A stretch of 64,000 nucleotides of DNA, taken from assembly GCA_002239025.1 (NCBI GenBank), contig MPNM01000008.1, forward strand, positions 47,196 to 111,195. Direction: 5' to 3'. The DNA is from Chloroflexi bacterium bin125. GTDB lineage: Bacteria; Chloroflexota; Dehalococcoidia; Bin125. Within the stretch, counting starts at the first letter, position 1; each line of letters opens with the position of its first letter. The position numbers were made by a program, and so were the translations under genes. A model generated the notes under the pieces. That model saw nothing but the letters and a program-made list of their open reading frames with translations, ran no database searches and was not told the DNA's origin. Below, piece after piece: positions 11,023 through 24,965 of this stretch.

Positions 11023-11480
11023 TGCTCTCCTATCCGCTCATCCTCGAAGAGGATGGGGACACGCTGCTCGTCACTTCGCCAGATTTTCCAGAGTTGACCA
11101 CGTTTGGTGAGGATCGCGAAGAGGCGCTCGCGCGGGCGGTGGATGCGCTTGAGGAAGCAGTCGCCGCCCGGATGCACAGCCGCCTGGACATCCCGTCACC
11201 ATCGACCGGCTCCGTCTACGCAACGTTGCCCACGTTGACGGCGGTCAAAGTGATGCTCTACCAGGGCATGCGAGATCGAGGAGTCGGCAAGGCTGAGTTG
11301 GCTCGGCGATTGGGCTGGCACCTGCCGCAAGTCGACCGTGTGCTCAATGTCCAGCACAGCTCAAGACTCGAGCAGATGGACTCCGCGCTCGGGGCGATTG
11401 GCCTGCGTCTCGACGTGACCACCCACGAAGTTCCGTCTGCGACGCCGGCGGTCGCGGAAGATACGCCACTCTATCCCTAG
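11019..11480 (+). CDS. hicB: Type II antitoxin HicB with C-terminal HTH
   Basis: MMLSYPLILEEDGDTLLVTSPDFPEL HicB N-terminal fold plus XRE-like HTH (GKAELARRLGWHLPQVDRVLN); start overlaps hicA stop (ATGA). Confidence 0.8.
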   Translation: MMLSYPLILEEDGDTLLVTSPDFPELTTFGEDREEALARAVDALEEAVAARMHSRLDIPSPSTGSVYATLPTLTAVKVMLYQGMRDRGVGKAELARRLGWHLPQVDRVLNVQHSSRLEQMDSALGAIGLRLDVTTHEVPSATPAVAEDTPLYP

Positions 11481-11524
11481 CTGAGCGGTCAAGTGAGGTT
11501 CCGGCCAGAGGCGGTCAGGGCGCG

Positions 11525-11737
11525 TTAGTTTTCTTCGTCCAGCATGCCGTAGCGGCGGCGGAATCTTTCAACGCGGCCGGCGGTGTCGACGATTCGCTGT
11601 TCGCCGGTGAAGAACGGGTGACATGTCGAACAGATCTCGATCCGGATTTCGGACTTGGTGGCGCGAGTCTCCCAGGAGTGTCCGCAGCCGCAGGTGATCG
11701 TCGCGTCGACGTATTCGGGATGGATTTCAGCCTTCAC
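11525..11737 (-). CDS. rpmE: 50S ribosomal protein L31 (Zn-ribbon type)
   Basis: MKAEIHPEY...CGCGH...[10 protein letters not shown]. Confidence 0.95.
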   Translation of the reverse strand: MKAEIHPEYVDATITCGCGHSWETRATKSEIRIEICSTCHPFFTGEQRIVDTAGRVERFRRRYGMLDEEN

Positions 11738-12012
11738 GCGCCCACCTCCTCGAGCTCGGCAGGGATCACCGAGACCTTCTTGCGTCGTCCGCGTGCGTAG
11801 GGTGCGAACTTCACTTTGCCGTCGGACAGGGCGAACAAGGTGTGATCGCGACCGACGCCGACATTGTCGCCCGCGTGGATGCGAGTGCCGCGCTGACGGA
11901 CGATGATGCCGCCGGTGCGCACGACCTCGCCGTCGAACAGTTTGACGCCGAGCCGCTTCGCATTGCTGTCGCGACCGTTACGCGACGAGCCAACGCCTTT
12001 CTTGTGAGCCAT
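11734..12012 (-). CDS. rpmA: 50S ribosomal protein L27
   Basis: [24 protein letters not shown]; start CAT 12010-12012; ORF track extends further upstream in frame. Confidence 0.95.
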   Translation of the reverse strand: MAHKKGVGSSRNGRDSNAKRLGVKLFDGEVVRTGGIIVRQRGTRIHAGDNVGVGRDHTLFALSDGKVKFAPYARGRRKKVSVIPAELEEVGA

Positions 12013-12022
12013 GGCGCTCTCC

Positions 12023-12487
12023 CTACTCTTCTGAGTCTTCAGTCTCGGCGGATGCTGCCGGAACGTCGGCAGCTTCATCAGCCGTCTCGTCAGTGGCTGC
12101 AATCGCTGCCGGAGCCTCTGGTTGTACCCGTTCTGGAGCGGTCCAGCTCTGGTCGCCCAGGTTGACGGCATTGACCAGCACCGAGGTCTGCAACTGCCGA
12201 TGTCCGCGAACTCGGCGATACCGAGTCTTGTTCTTGTACTTGAAGACGGTGATCTTCCGACCGCGTCCCTGCTCAAGGATCTCGCCGGTGACACTGGCAG
12301 ACTCGACAATGGGAGAGCCGATCGCCAGTTCGCCTTCGCCGTTGACCAGCAGGACATCGTCGAACGTCACCTGATCGCCCGCATCGCCGTCGAGGCGTTC
12401 CAGCTTGATTCGCTGGCCGGGCGACACCCGGTATTGTTTTCCGCCGCTGCGAATCACGGCGTACACGTCGGACACATCAGTGGGCAT
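12023..12487 (-). CDS. rplU: 50S ribosomal protein L21 with acidic C-terminal extension
   Basis: [13 protein letters not shown]...KITVFKYK; about 45 aa Ala/Glu/Asp-rich tail. Confidence 0.9.
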   Translation of the reverse strand: MPTDVSDVYAVIRSGGKQYRVSPGQRIKLERLDGDAGDQVTFDDVLLVNGEGELAIGSPIVESASVTGEILEQGRGRKITVFKYKNKTRYRRVRGHRQLQTSVLVNAVNLGDQSWTAPERVQPEAPAAIAATDETADEAADVPAASAETEDSEE

Positions 12488-12629
12488 AGCTGTCTCGCAT
12501 CGATCTCAAGGTGATCGGATCGTTATTCCTGAAGTATCTAGCCTAGCCAGCCGCTGTCAGGCGTCAAGCGACTAACGAACAAATCGCGCTGAGCTGACTC
12601 GCAGAGCTGACCCGGCGCGACTATCGCAA

Positions 12630-14639
12630 CTAATCGAGGGAGCTCCGATTCTGGTTGCCGCCCCAGGCAAGGCCCGGCTTCGGCGGCATCAGCGGCTCAC
12701 GTTCCTCGCCGGTTTCTCCGTCGGAAGAGGTAGGTGGTGGTGCGGTTGGCTCAGGCGCCGGAGGTGGAGGCGTCGGCTTGGGCACTGCCTGACCTGGTTG
12801 CCAGGCCAGGATGGCGCGCAGGTCGTCGCCCTCGAGCGTTTCGATATCCATCAGCCGCGTCGCCAGCAGATCCAATTGCTCGCGATTGCGTCTAAGGATC
12901 GTCCGTGCCCGATCACGCGCACGATCGATGATCTCGCGCAGTTCTTCATCAATCTGCTCCGCAACCATTTCGGAGTAGTCGCGCTGCTCGGAAATGTCGC
13001 GGCCGAGGAAGACCATCGATTCCTTCTTGCCGAACGTGCGAGCTCCCAGGCGTTCGGACATGCCCCACTGCGTGATCATCGCACGGGCGATCTGCGTGAC
13101 CTTGCTCAGGTCGTCGTGTGCGCCGGTCGTCATTTCGCCGAAGACGATCTCCTCGGCGGCGTGGCCGCCCAGCGCCGACGACATAAAGCCCTCGTAGTAG
13201 GACTTGCCGGCCAGCCGGTGCTCCGACTCGGGCAGGTAGCGGGTGTATCCACCGGCCATGCCGCGCGGGACGATGGTCACCTTGTGTACGGGATCGTGTC
13301 CGGGAATGTGCGAGGCAACGAGCGCGTGACCCGCTTCGTGGAACGCCACGATTTCCTTCTCGCGCCCGACCAGCAACCGGGACTTGCGCTCCGGACCGGC
13401 CATCACGCGGTCGACAGCCTCTTCGACTTCGGCCTGCGTGATGTGCTTCTTCTGCCGGCGTGCAGCGAGAATCGCCGCCTCGTTGAGCAGGTTGGCCAGT
13501 TCGGCTCCGGAGAACCCGGGAGTCTCTTTGGCGATTGTGCGCAGGTCGACCTCTTCGGCCAGCGGCTTACCGCGCACGTGGACATCGAGAATCGCTTGCC
13601 GACCCTTGACATCGGGTGCGTCCAGGACGACGCGACGGTCGAATCGGCCAGGTCGCAGCAGGGCCGGGTCGAGGATATCGGGCCGGTTGGTCGCTGCGAC
13701 AACGATCACGTTGGAGTTGGTGTCGAATCCGTCCATCTCGACCAGGATCTGGTTCAGGGTCTGTTCGCGCTCGTCATGCGAGCCGCCGACACCGGCGCCG
13801 CGCTGGCGTCCGACGGCGTCGATCTCGTCGACGAAGACAATGCAGGGCGCGTTGCGCTTGGCCTGCTCGAAGAGGTCGCGCACGCGACTGGCGCCGACGC
13901 CGACAAACATCTCAACGAACTCGGACCCGGAAATCGAGAAGAAGGGCACGCCAGCTTCGCCGGCGACGGCTCGGGCGATCAGCGTCTTGCCGGTGCCAGG
14001 AGGGCCAACCAGCAGCACGCCGCGAGGAATCCGCGCACCGAGTGAGGCGAAGCGCTCGGGGAACTGGAGGAACTCAACGACCTCTTGCAGCTCTTCCTTG
14101 GCTTCGTCGCAGCCGGCCACGTCGTTGAAGGTGACTGAGGGGCGATTGGCTGTGACCAGGCGTGCCTTGCTCTTGCCGAACGACATCGCCTGTGAGCCTT
14201 GCCCCTGCGCCTGTCGTAGGAAGAAGAAGATCAGACCGAAAATCAGCAGGAAGGGGAGCAGGTTGAAGAACACGCTAGCGATGGTCGAGCCAAAGCCGCC
14301 GCCCGACCCGACTTCAACGTCAGGGAATCCCTGTCCGCCGACATCAACACCCTCTCGGGAGAGGAACTCGAAGAAGTCGAACCCGGTCTCCGGCACGTTT
14401 GTCTGGAACGATTCGGCGCCGTCGCGATAGTCGAGTACGACCCTCGACGAGGAGACCTTGATCGTCTCGATCAGCGCGGCCTGGTTCTCGATCCGATCAA
14501 GCAACGACTCCGTGCCGCCCGCCAGCGGGATCTCATTCGAGCCGCCGCCCCGAGGGAAGACGGAAAACACCACCACGATCAACACCACGAAGATCAGGAG
14601 GTAGATCAGAAAACTGCGCTTGAATCGTGAGCCACCCAT
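12630..14639 (-). CDS. ftsH: ATP-dependent zinc metalloprotease FtsH
   Basis: AAA+ Walker [18 protein letters not shown] zinc motif; Pro-rich C-terminal tail. Confidence 0.95.
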   Translation of the reverse strand: MGGSRFKRSFLIYLLIFVVLIVVVFSVFPRGGGSNEIPLAGGTESLLDRIENQAALIETIKVSSSRVVLDYRDGAESFQTNVPETGFDFFEFLSREGVDVGGQGFPDVEVGSGGGFGSTIASVFFNLLPFLLIFGLIFFFLRQAQGQGSQAMSFGKSKARLVTANRPSVTFNDVAGCDEAKEELQEVVEFLQFPERFASLGARIPRGVLLVGPPGTGKTLIARAVAGEAGVPFFSISGSEFVEMFVGVGASRVRDLFEQAKRNAPCIVFVDEIDAVGRQRGAGVGGSHDEREQTLNQILVEMDGFDTNSNVIVVAATNRPDILDPALLRPGRFDRRVVLDAPDVKGRQAILDVHVRGKPLAEEVDLRTIAKETPGFSGAELANLLNEAAILAARRQKKHITQAEVEEAVDRVMAGPERKSRLLVGREKEIVAFHEAGHALVASHIPGHDPVHKVTIVPRGMAGGYTRYLPESEHRLAGKSYYEGFMSSALGGHAAEEIVFGEMTTGAHDDLSKVTQIARAMITQWGMSERLGARTFGKKESMVFLGRDISEQRDYSEMVAEQIDEELREIIDRARDRARTILRRNREQLDLLATRLMDIETLEGDDLRAILAWQPGQAVPKPTPPPPAPEPTAPPPTSSDGETGEEREPLMPPKPGLAWGGNQNRSSLD

Positions 14640-14928
14640 CGACGCCGTCCCTCAAAAGCAGCGCAGACCATCCACCGACGGCTGCGCCGGTTACCTGTTC
14701 ATACAGTTTTGAGCATATCGCAACGCCGGATAGATCAAGGTCAGGTGTAAGTCAATTTCAGGATCGCCCGCTATATCGCCGCCCACGTCTCGAAACGTCA
14801 GGTCGACTGGTTCTCCGCACGTTGAGTCCGACCGAAGTTGCAGGTTCACGTGTCCGCGGCAGTTCAACTCCAACATCATTCCGACTTGCGAACTCGCACG
14901 ACATAACACACTGCCTTACCCTCGCGAC

Positions 14929-15585
14929 GTGACCGCACAACGTCCGACACGACGACGAGAAATGCATCACAGGCGCAACGGCGCTCGGGTCATCGTGGGT
15001 GTCGATGAGGTCGGACGCGGGCCGCTGGCCGGGCCGATCGTGACTGCTGGAGTCTCATTGCCGTTGGATAACAGACCGACGTGGTTGTCCGAGCTGCGCG
15101 ACAGTAAGCAGCTCACTGCGAAGCAACGACAGCGACTCGCTCCCTTGATTCGCGAAGAGTCCCTCTGCTGGGCAATCGGCTGGGTGCATGCGGTCGAGTT
15201 GGACAGTCTGGGACTCACCGCTGCCCTGCGCCTGGCGTTTCGGCGCACGATCGAACAGCTTGACGAGCCGCCTGATGTCGTCCTCGCGGATGGTCGCGAC
15301 GATCTACGGCTCGCATATCCGACCGAGATGATCATCAAAGGAGACGCGAAAGTGTCCTCGATTGCCGCCGCGTCGATCATCGCCAAGACCGCTCGCGACG
15401 ATTGGATGATCGAGCTAGACAGCCGATATCCCGGATACGGCTTTGCCAGGCACAAGGGATATGGCTCAGCCGAGCATTTGCGGGCGTTACAAGGCATGGG
15501 TCCCTGTCCCGAACATCGACAATCGTTCGCACCCGTTGCCGCGCTCAGTCAACCGCAATTCACCTTCGATGCCGCCGCCTCCTGA
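14929..15585 (+). CDS. rnhB: Ribonuclease HII
   Basis: VIVGVDEVGRGPLAGPIV, DSKQL motifs. Confidence 0.9.
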   Translation: MTAQRPTRRREMHHRRNGARVIVGVDEVGRGPLAGPIVTAGVSLPLDNRPTWLSELRDSKQLTAKQRQRLAPLIREESLCWAIGWVHAVELDSLGLTAALRLAFRRTIEQLDEPPDVVLADGRDDLRLAYPTEMIIKGDAKVSSIAAASIIAKTARDDWMIELDSRYPGYGFARHKGYGSAEHLRALQGMGPCPEHRQSFAPVAALSQPQFTFDAAAS

Positions 15586-15976
15586 CCGACCCCTGGATCG
15601 ACGACATGCGCTCGGCGCTGCCGGTGAGGAACTGGCCGCCGTCTACCTTGAGGCGCGTGGCTACCGAATCGTTGAGCGCAACTATCGCAGGCGCTGGGGC
15701 GAGGCGGACATCATCGCGCTGGACCCCGAAGGCACGCATGTGATCATTGAAGTGCGCAGCCGCAGCGACCGGCGCTATGTGGTTGAGGCGGCGCAATCGG
15801 TCGGTCCGCGCAAACAACAGCAGCTTCGGCGACTCGCTCACGGCCTGATGTCGGAGCAGGAGAGCGAGATCGATATCCGCGTAGATGTCATGGTCGTGGC
15901 GCCGGATCGCAAGGGCAAACTCGTCGTTGTGGCCCACATTGAGGACGCCATCGAAGATGGCCCGGTTGACGACTAA
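15569..15976 (+). CDS. yraN: YraN-family (UPF0102) predicted endonuclease
   Basis: GEELAAVYLEARGYRIVERNYRRRWGEADIIALD...VIIEVRSR; ATG 15569 overlapping rnhB 3' end; ORF track begins at 15443. Confidence 0.8.
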   Translation: MPPPPDRPLDRRHALGAAGEELAAVYLEARGYRIVERNYRRRWGEADIIALDPEGTHVIIEVRSRSDRRYVVEAAQSVGPRKQQQLRRLAHGLMSEQESEIDIRVDVMVVAPDRKGKLVVVAHIEDAIEDGPVDD

Positions 15977-16009
15977 GCTGATGACAACGCTGGAGTTGGC
16001 TAACTGATT

Positions 16010-16282
16010 ATGCCGATCTACGAGTATTACTGTTCCGATTGCGCCCGGACCGTCGAGGTCTTCCAGCGTCGCGTCCGCTCGGAGGCCGACCCGTTGCCCG
16101 GCTGTCCGGAGTGTCGCGGCGGCAACCTGCAGACCCGATTCTCGAGGTTTCGCTCGAAGACGGAGCTGACCTTCCCCGGGTTCGACACGCTCGACGACGT
16201 CGACGCCGACGACCCGGAATCGGTGGCTGCCTGGCGCGAGTCCGCCGGCGCGTCGCCGGAGCTGCCGGCCGACCTTGCCTAG
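16010..16282 (+). CDS. FmdB-family zinc-ribbon putative regulatory protein
   Basis: MPIYEYYCSDCARTVEVFQRRV...CPECRGGNL. Confidence 0.8.
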   Translation: MPIYEYYCSDCARTVEVFQRRVRSEADPLPGCPECRGGNLQTRFSRFRSKTELTFPGFDTLDDVDADDPESVAAWRESAGASPELPADLA

Positions 16283-16311
16283 TTCACTTTTCCAGTTGGA
16301 GGAGGCCTCAC

Positions 16312-16656
16312 TTGCCGATCTATGAATACCGCTGTCAGCAGTGCGGCCACATCCAGGAGCAGTTCCATCGGTCGTTGGAGCGTGCCGTTGTGCCTGCCTG
16401 TGAGTCCTGTCCATCGGACGACATGGAACGGGTGATCTCCCGGTTCGCCACACCGAAGACCGAATCGCAGGTGCTGGAACAATATGGCACACCTGGTCCC
16501 GGCGCCGGTCCCGACGCCTACCGCGATCCTCGGCAGATCGGTCGTTGGGCGGAAGAGCGATTCGACCAGATGGGCGTCGAGATGCCAGCCGAAGCCAAGC
16601 AAATGATCGATGCCGCCAGAGATGGTGACTTGCCCGATCCGGTCAAGGACTTGTAG
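16312..16656 (+). CDS. FmdB-family zinc-ribbon protein (paralog 2)
   Basis: LPIYEYRCQQCGHIQEQF...CESCPS; TTG start at 16312 preceded by GGAGG (16299-16303); ORF track frame runs from 16039. Confidence 0.65.
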   Translation: MPIYEYRCQQCGHIQEQFHRSLERAVVPACESCPSDDMERVISRFATPKTESQVLEQYGTPGPGAGPDAYRDPRQIGRWAEERFDQMGVEMPAEAKQMIDAARDGDLPDPVKDL

Positions 16657-16695
16657 GGCCCCGTCATCGTGACATCGCGCGATTGAACATCTCCG

Positions 16696-16726
16696 TCATT
16701 CCCGCGCTCCGACGCGGGAATCTCGC
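16696..16726. repeat. Family D REP-like hairpin (GTCATTCCCGCG-N-CGCGGGAATCTCG)
   Basis: Perfect CCCGCG/CGCGGG stem; related copies at 39969-39998, 40084-40114, 52066-52096. Confidence 0.7.
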
Positions 16727-16841
16727 TGCTTCCGGAACAACGGTTGTGTCTCTGGCTAAGCGCCGGCTTGGCGCTACCAGGATCTGTTCACATCAGGTAG
16801 TGAAGTGATGGCTGATTGCCTAGCGGTCTCGTCAATGGGAA

Positions 16842-16900
16842 GCGGGACCCCCTCAGCCTTCGGCAGCTCCCCCTGCAAGGGGGAGCGGGGAACGCGGGAC
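16842..16900. repeat. Family B palindromic repeat (CGGGNCCCCTCNGCCTTCGGCANCTCCCCC...GGGGGAG)
   Basis: GCCTTCGGC tetraloop-type hairpin plus CTCCCCCTGCAAGGGGGAG hairpin; second copy 21362-21407. Confidence 0.7.
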
Positions 16901-17226
16901 CGCTTGACGCAGGATTCCGGATCTAAACGAGCAGGACTGAGTCGCTCCTTGCCTTCGTGCTGGGCGCGTCGAGAGACCCCCGTTCAGGCCGGGGGCAGGC
17001 TCCGCGACGGAGCGCCGGTTTGACGGGAAGGTGATCTGTTCATGGGTGAGCTACAGCGAACGGGCGGCTGCTGGACTTCGGGCATGTAAAACACTTGAAT
17101 TGCCGTGCCATAAGGGGAGCGATAGCCTGCCGATTGGCGGGCTGTCTGTCCGCCTGTCATCATCCGGGCGTTTTGCTCGTTTGTACCGGTATCCGCATGG
17201 GCTGAGTTGCACCTGAGAGGAACTGC

Positions 17227-19320
<2,094 letters not shown>

Positions 19321-19324
19321 GAGC

Positions 19325-19490
19325 TCTTTGGAGACGGCTCAGGTTTCATTTTCTCCCCCCTCCGGGGGGGAGATGCCGCAGGCAGAGGGGGGCTCCTTGC
19401 CTGTCGCCCCTAATGGAAGTCACCCGCCGCCCCCCAGTCACTCCGTGACATCTCCCCCGCAAGGGGGGAGATGGGACTTTGGGAGTCATG
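19325..19490. repeat. Family A repeat, internal core only (no outer TIRs)
   Basis: TTCTCCCCCCTCCGGGGGGGAGATGCCGCAGGCAGAGGGGGG...TCCGTGACATCTCCCCCGCAAGGGGGGAG aligns with cores at 27850-28010 and 45340-45480. Confidence 0.75.
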
Positions 19491-19531
19491 CATCAATATT
19501 TGCGGGGGCGAGGAACGATCGTTTTGCCGCT

Positions 19532-19690
19532 CTAGTCGTTCGTTGATTCGCCACTTGAGCGGCTGGCCCGCTCTCGCTCCGATTGCTCTCGAATCTGCTC
19601 CATGAGCGCTTGACCAGCGTTCCCGGTCGCCAGGATGGTCAACACCGCGCCGAGCAGTAGTCCCAGCAACAGACCGATCAGAAACCTCAT
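19532..19690 (-). CDS. Small hypothetical membrane protein (~52 aa)
   Basis: MRFLIGLLLGLLLGAVLTILATGN...; GGGGGAGG RBS 6 nt upstream of ATG (CAT 19688-19690); ORF track gives a longer form to 19804. Confidence 0.4.
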   Translation of the reverse strand: MRFLIGLLLGLLLGAVLTILATGNAGQALMEQIREQSERERASRSSGESTND

Positions 19691-19763
19691 AAGACGCCTC
19701 CCCCATACGCTGACTTCACTATCACCATACGACCGCCGATAGCCCCTCCAGGAAGGCGCGCCC

Positions 19764-21092
19764 ATGTCCACTTCGACTGACTCAACCGACGTCTCGCTCG
19801 ACACCCTCGTCTCGCTCTGTAAGCAGCGCGGTTTTGTCTTTCCCGCTTCCGAGATCTACGGCGGATTCGGTTCGACCTACGATTACGGGCCGCTCGGCGT
19901 TGAACTGAAGCGCAATGTGAAGGACCTCTGGTGGCGCTCTACCGTGCGTGAGCGCTCCGACGTGGTTGGCCTTGACTCGGCGATCATCCAGTCGCCACGC
20001 GTCTGGGAGGCCTCAGGACACGTCCAGAACTTCCACGATCCAATGGTCGACTGCCTCGAATGTAAGGGTCGCTTCCGAGCGGACCATCTCGAAGGCCCCG
20101 ACTGCCCGACTTGTGGCGCATCCGAATCGTTCACGGAAGCCCGCGAGTTCAACCTGATGTTCCGCACCCAGGTCGGCCCGGTCGCCGAGGAAGGCTCCGA
20201 GGCTTATCTCCGACCCGAAACGGCGCAGGGCATTTTCATCAACTTCGAGAACGTCCTCACCTCGACTCGGCGGCGCTTGCCGTTTGGCATCGCGCAGCAG
20301 GGCAAGTCGTTCCGCAACGAGATTACGCTGGGCAACTTCATCTTCCGCACGCGGGAGTTCGAGCAGATGGAGATGGAGTTCTTCGTCGCGCCCGACGAGT
20401 CCGACGAGTGGTACCAGCGCTGGATCGATCTCCGCGAGCAGTGGTACACCGACTTGGGCGTCAATCCCGAGAACATCCGCCGCGATGTCCACCCGACCGA
20501 GAAGCTCTCGCACTATTCGGCCGGTACAACCGACCTGCAGTACAAGTATCCGTGGGGTTGGGACGAGCTTGAGGGCATCGCCAATCGCACCGACTTCGAC
20601 CTGACGCAGCACAGCGAGTCCTCGGGAAAGCGGCTCGAGTACTTCGATCCGCAGACCAACGAGCACATCGTCCCACACGTAATCGAGCCGGCTGCTGGCG
20701 TCGACAGAATCATGCTGGCACTGCTCTGCGACGCCTACACCGTCACACCCGACGAAAAGGGCAACGACCGCACCGTCCTTGCCTTCCATCCCAAGGTTGC
20801 GCCGGTGACCGTCGCGGTGCTGCCGCTCTCGCGCAAGGAGCCCGTGGCCAACCTCGCACACGACGTGTGGTCCAAAGTCCGCCCATTCTGGACGACGCAG
20901 TACGACGACACCCAATCAATCGGTCGTCGCTACCGCCGCCAGGACGAAATCGGCACGCCGCTCTGCGTCACGGTCGACTTCGATTCCTTGGAAGACGACT
21001 CAGTCACGATCAGGGATCGCGACACGCAGGAGCAAGTACGCGTCAGGATCGACGAGCTGGTAGATGTGCTCCGGGATCGGTTGGGGTTCTAA
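19764..21092 (+). CDS. glyQS: Glycine--tRNA ligase (dimeric GlyQS type)
   Basis: 442 aa class II aaRS; FPASEIYGGFGSTYDYGPLG. Confidence 0.95.
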   Translation: MSTSTDSTDVSLDTLVSLCKQRGFVFPASEIYGGFGSTYDYGPLGVELKRNVKDLWWRSTVRERSDVVGLDSAIIQSPRVWEASGHVQNFHDPMVDCLECKGRFRADHLEGPDCPTCGASESFTEAREFNLMFRTQVGPVAEEGSEAYLRPETAQGIFINFENVLTSTRRRLPFGIAQQGKSFRNEITLGNFIFRTREFEQMEMEFFVAPDESDEWYQRWIDLREQWYTDLGVNPENIRRDVHPTEKLSHYSAGTTDLQYKYPWGWDELEGIANRTDFDLTQHSESSGKRLEYFDPQTNEHIVPHVIEPAAGVDRIMLALLCDAYTVTPDEKGNDRTVLAFHPKVAPVTVAVLPLSRKEPVANLAHDVWSKVRPFWTTQYDDTQSIGRRYRRQDEIGTPLCVTVDFDSLEDDSVTIRDRDTQEQVRVRIDELVDVLRDRLGF

Positions 21093-21093
21093 C

Positions 21094-21114
21094 GGGCTCC
21101 CCCTTTGGGGGAGC
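21094..21114 (+). terminator. GC-rich hairpin immediately after glyQS stop (GCTCCCCCTTTGGGGGAGC)
   Basis: 9-bp stem/4-nt loop directly after TAA; resembles family B core; no clear U-tract. Confidence 0.35.
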
Positions 21115-21146
21115 TGCGTGTCAGACACCGGCCGCCTTCTTCGGGT

Positions 21147-21266
21147 CCCCTCTCCCTTTGGGAGAGGGTTAGGGTGAGGGCCGGAACCCGCAAACAGCGA
21201 CTCCCAACAGATTGATGTGACGGGGAACCCTCACCCCGGCCCTCTCCCAGAGGGAGAGGGGGTAAG
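21147..21266. repeat. Family C long palindromic element
   Basis: CCCCTCTCCCTTTGGGAGAGGGTTAGGGTGAGGGCCGG...CCGGGGAACCCTCACCCCGGCCCTCTCCCAGAGGGAGAGGGGGTAA; near-identical copy 52967-53086. Confidence 0.8.
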
Positions 21267-21361
21267 AGCCTAGTCGCACTGAGCAGACTTACGTGCGCGC
21301 CTTCTGTTGAGCAGCCGTCATGATGTCACGTCGTGAACTCCGGTGCGGACGTGCAATTGGC

Positions 21362-21407
21362 GGGCGGGCCCCCTCCGCCTTCGGCACCTCCCCCAACGGG
21401 GGAGGTC
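21362..21407. repeat. Family B palindromic repeat (copy 2)
   Basis: CGGGCCCCCTCCGCCTTCGGCACCTCCCCCAACGGGGGAGG aligns with 16842-16900. Confidence 0.65.
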
Positions 21408-21515
21408 TGTTGGCTACGGACACAACAAAACGCTGCCGCTGCAGGGATTTGGAAGCGCCATTCGTTCCGGCCCCAGCGGCAGCGTCTTGCGGCCTGATCG
21501 ACGGAATTGCCGGAG

Positions 21516-21797
21516 CTATGGGGCGAGTTCGGCCACCTTTGAGCGAGCCCCGTCCGGGTCGTCGAACCACTCGGCGTTGATCTCGGTGAAGGCCTGCCAC
21601 TCGTCCGGCACGTCGTCCTCGGAGAAGATGGCGGTCACCGGGCAGGCCGGTTCGCAGGCGCCACAGTCGATGCACTCGTCCGGCGAGATGTAGAGCATGC
21701 GGTCGTCATCATCTGCGTGAATGCAGTCCACTGGACAGACCTCGACACAGGACTGGTCCTTCACGTCGATGCATGGCTCAGCGATTACGTAGGTCAT
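21516..21797 (-). CDS. fdxA: 7Fe ([3Fe-4S][4Fe-4S]) ferredoxin
   Basis: MTYVIAEPCIDVKDQSCVEVCPVDCIH ... CIDCGACEPACP; start CAT 21795-21797; ORF track extends to 21959. Confidence 0.9.
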   Translation of the reverse strand: MTYVIAEPCIDVKDQSCVEVCPVDCIHADDDDRMLYISPDECIDCGACEPACPVTAIFSEDDVPDEWQAFTEINAEWFDDPDGARSKVAELAP

Positions 21798-21962
21798 GAA
21801 TCTATCCTCTCGTCCACTCAACCTGCGCGACGCCGCCACCGACGTTTTCGCGACTACCACACTACTTATAGGACGGCATTCCCCTCTTCGCAATAGCCAG
21901 ATGAGTTTGCTGCAAACACTGACATTTATCCGCGAGAACGGCCTCTTGACCAGAGGCAAATT

Positions 21963-24887
<2,925 letters not shown>

Positions 24888-24965
24888 TTCCGAACACTGT
24901 CAACCGCAAGCGTATCTCACGACAACCGGGAAGTTGTCTTCGCTGAGGCTTCCTATACTCGATTC

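Noticed and set aside
12798-14045. 415-aa plus-strand ORF antisense to ftsH (and similar long antisense ORFs at 6371-7381, 20013-20915, 24900-26165, 32550-33737, 35222-35929, 43226-44449, 45358-46215, 53266-54510)
   Set aside because: All lie fully inside confidently assigned genes on the opposite strand. Their products are Arg/Ala/Pro-rich, low-complexity compositions typical of stop-codon-poor frames in ~68% GC DNA; no family matches.
14691-14909. 72-aa minus-strand ORF in the ftsH-rnhB spacer
   Set aside because: No RBS, unusual composition, and it lies in an AT-richer promoter-like region. More likely untranslated leader or promoter DNA.
19328-19546. Small ORFs translated from family A/C repeats (e.g. 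19328-19546, 27853-28056, 21289-21675, 52881-53087) giving SPPQGGRWDFGS or PLSPWERVRVRAG peptides
   Set aside because: They are reading-frame artefacts of G/C-homopolymer palindromes. The same DNA gives ORFs on both strands and in several frames, with no RBS.
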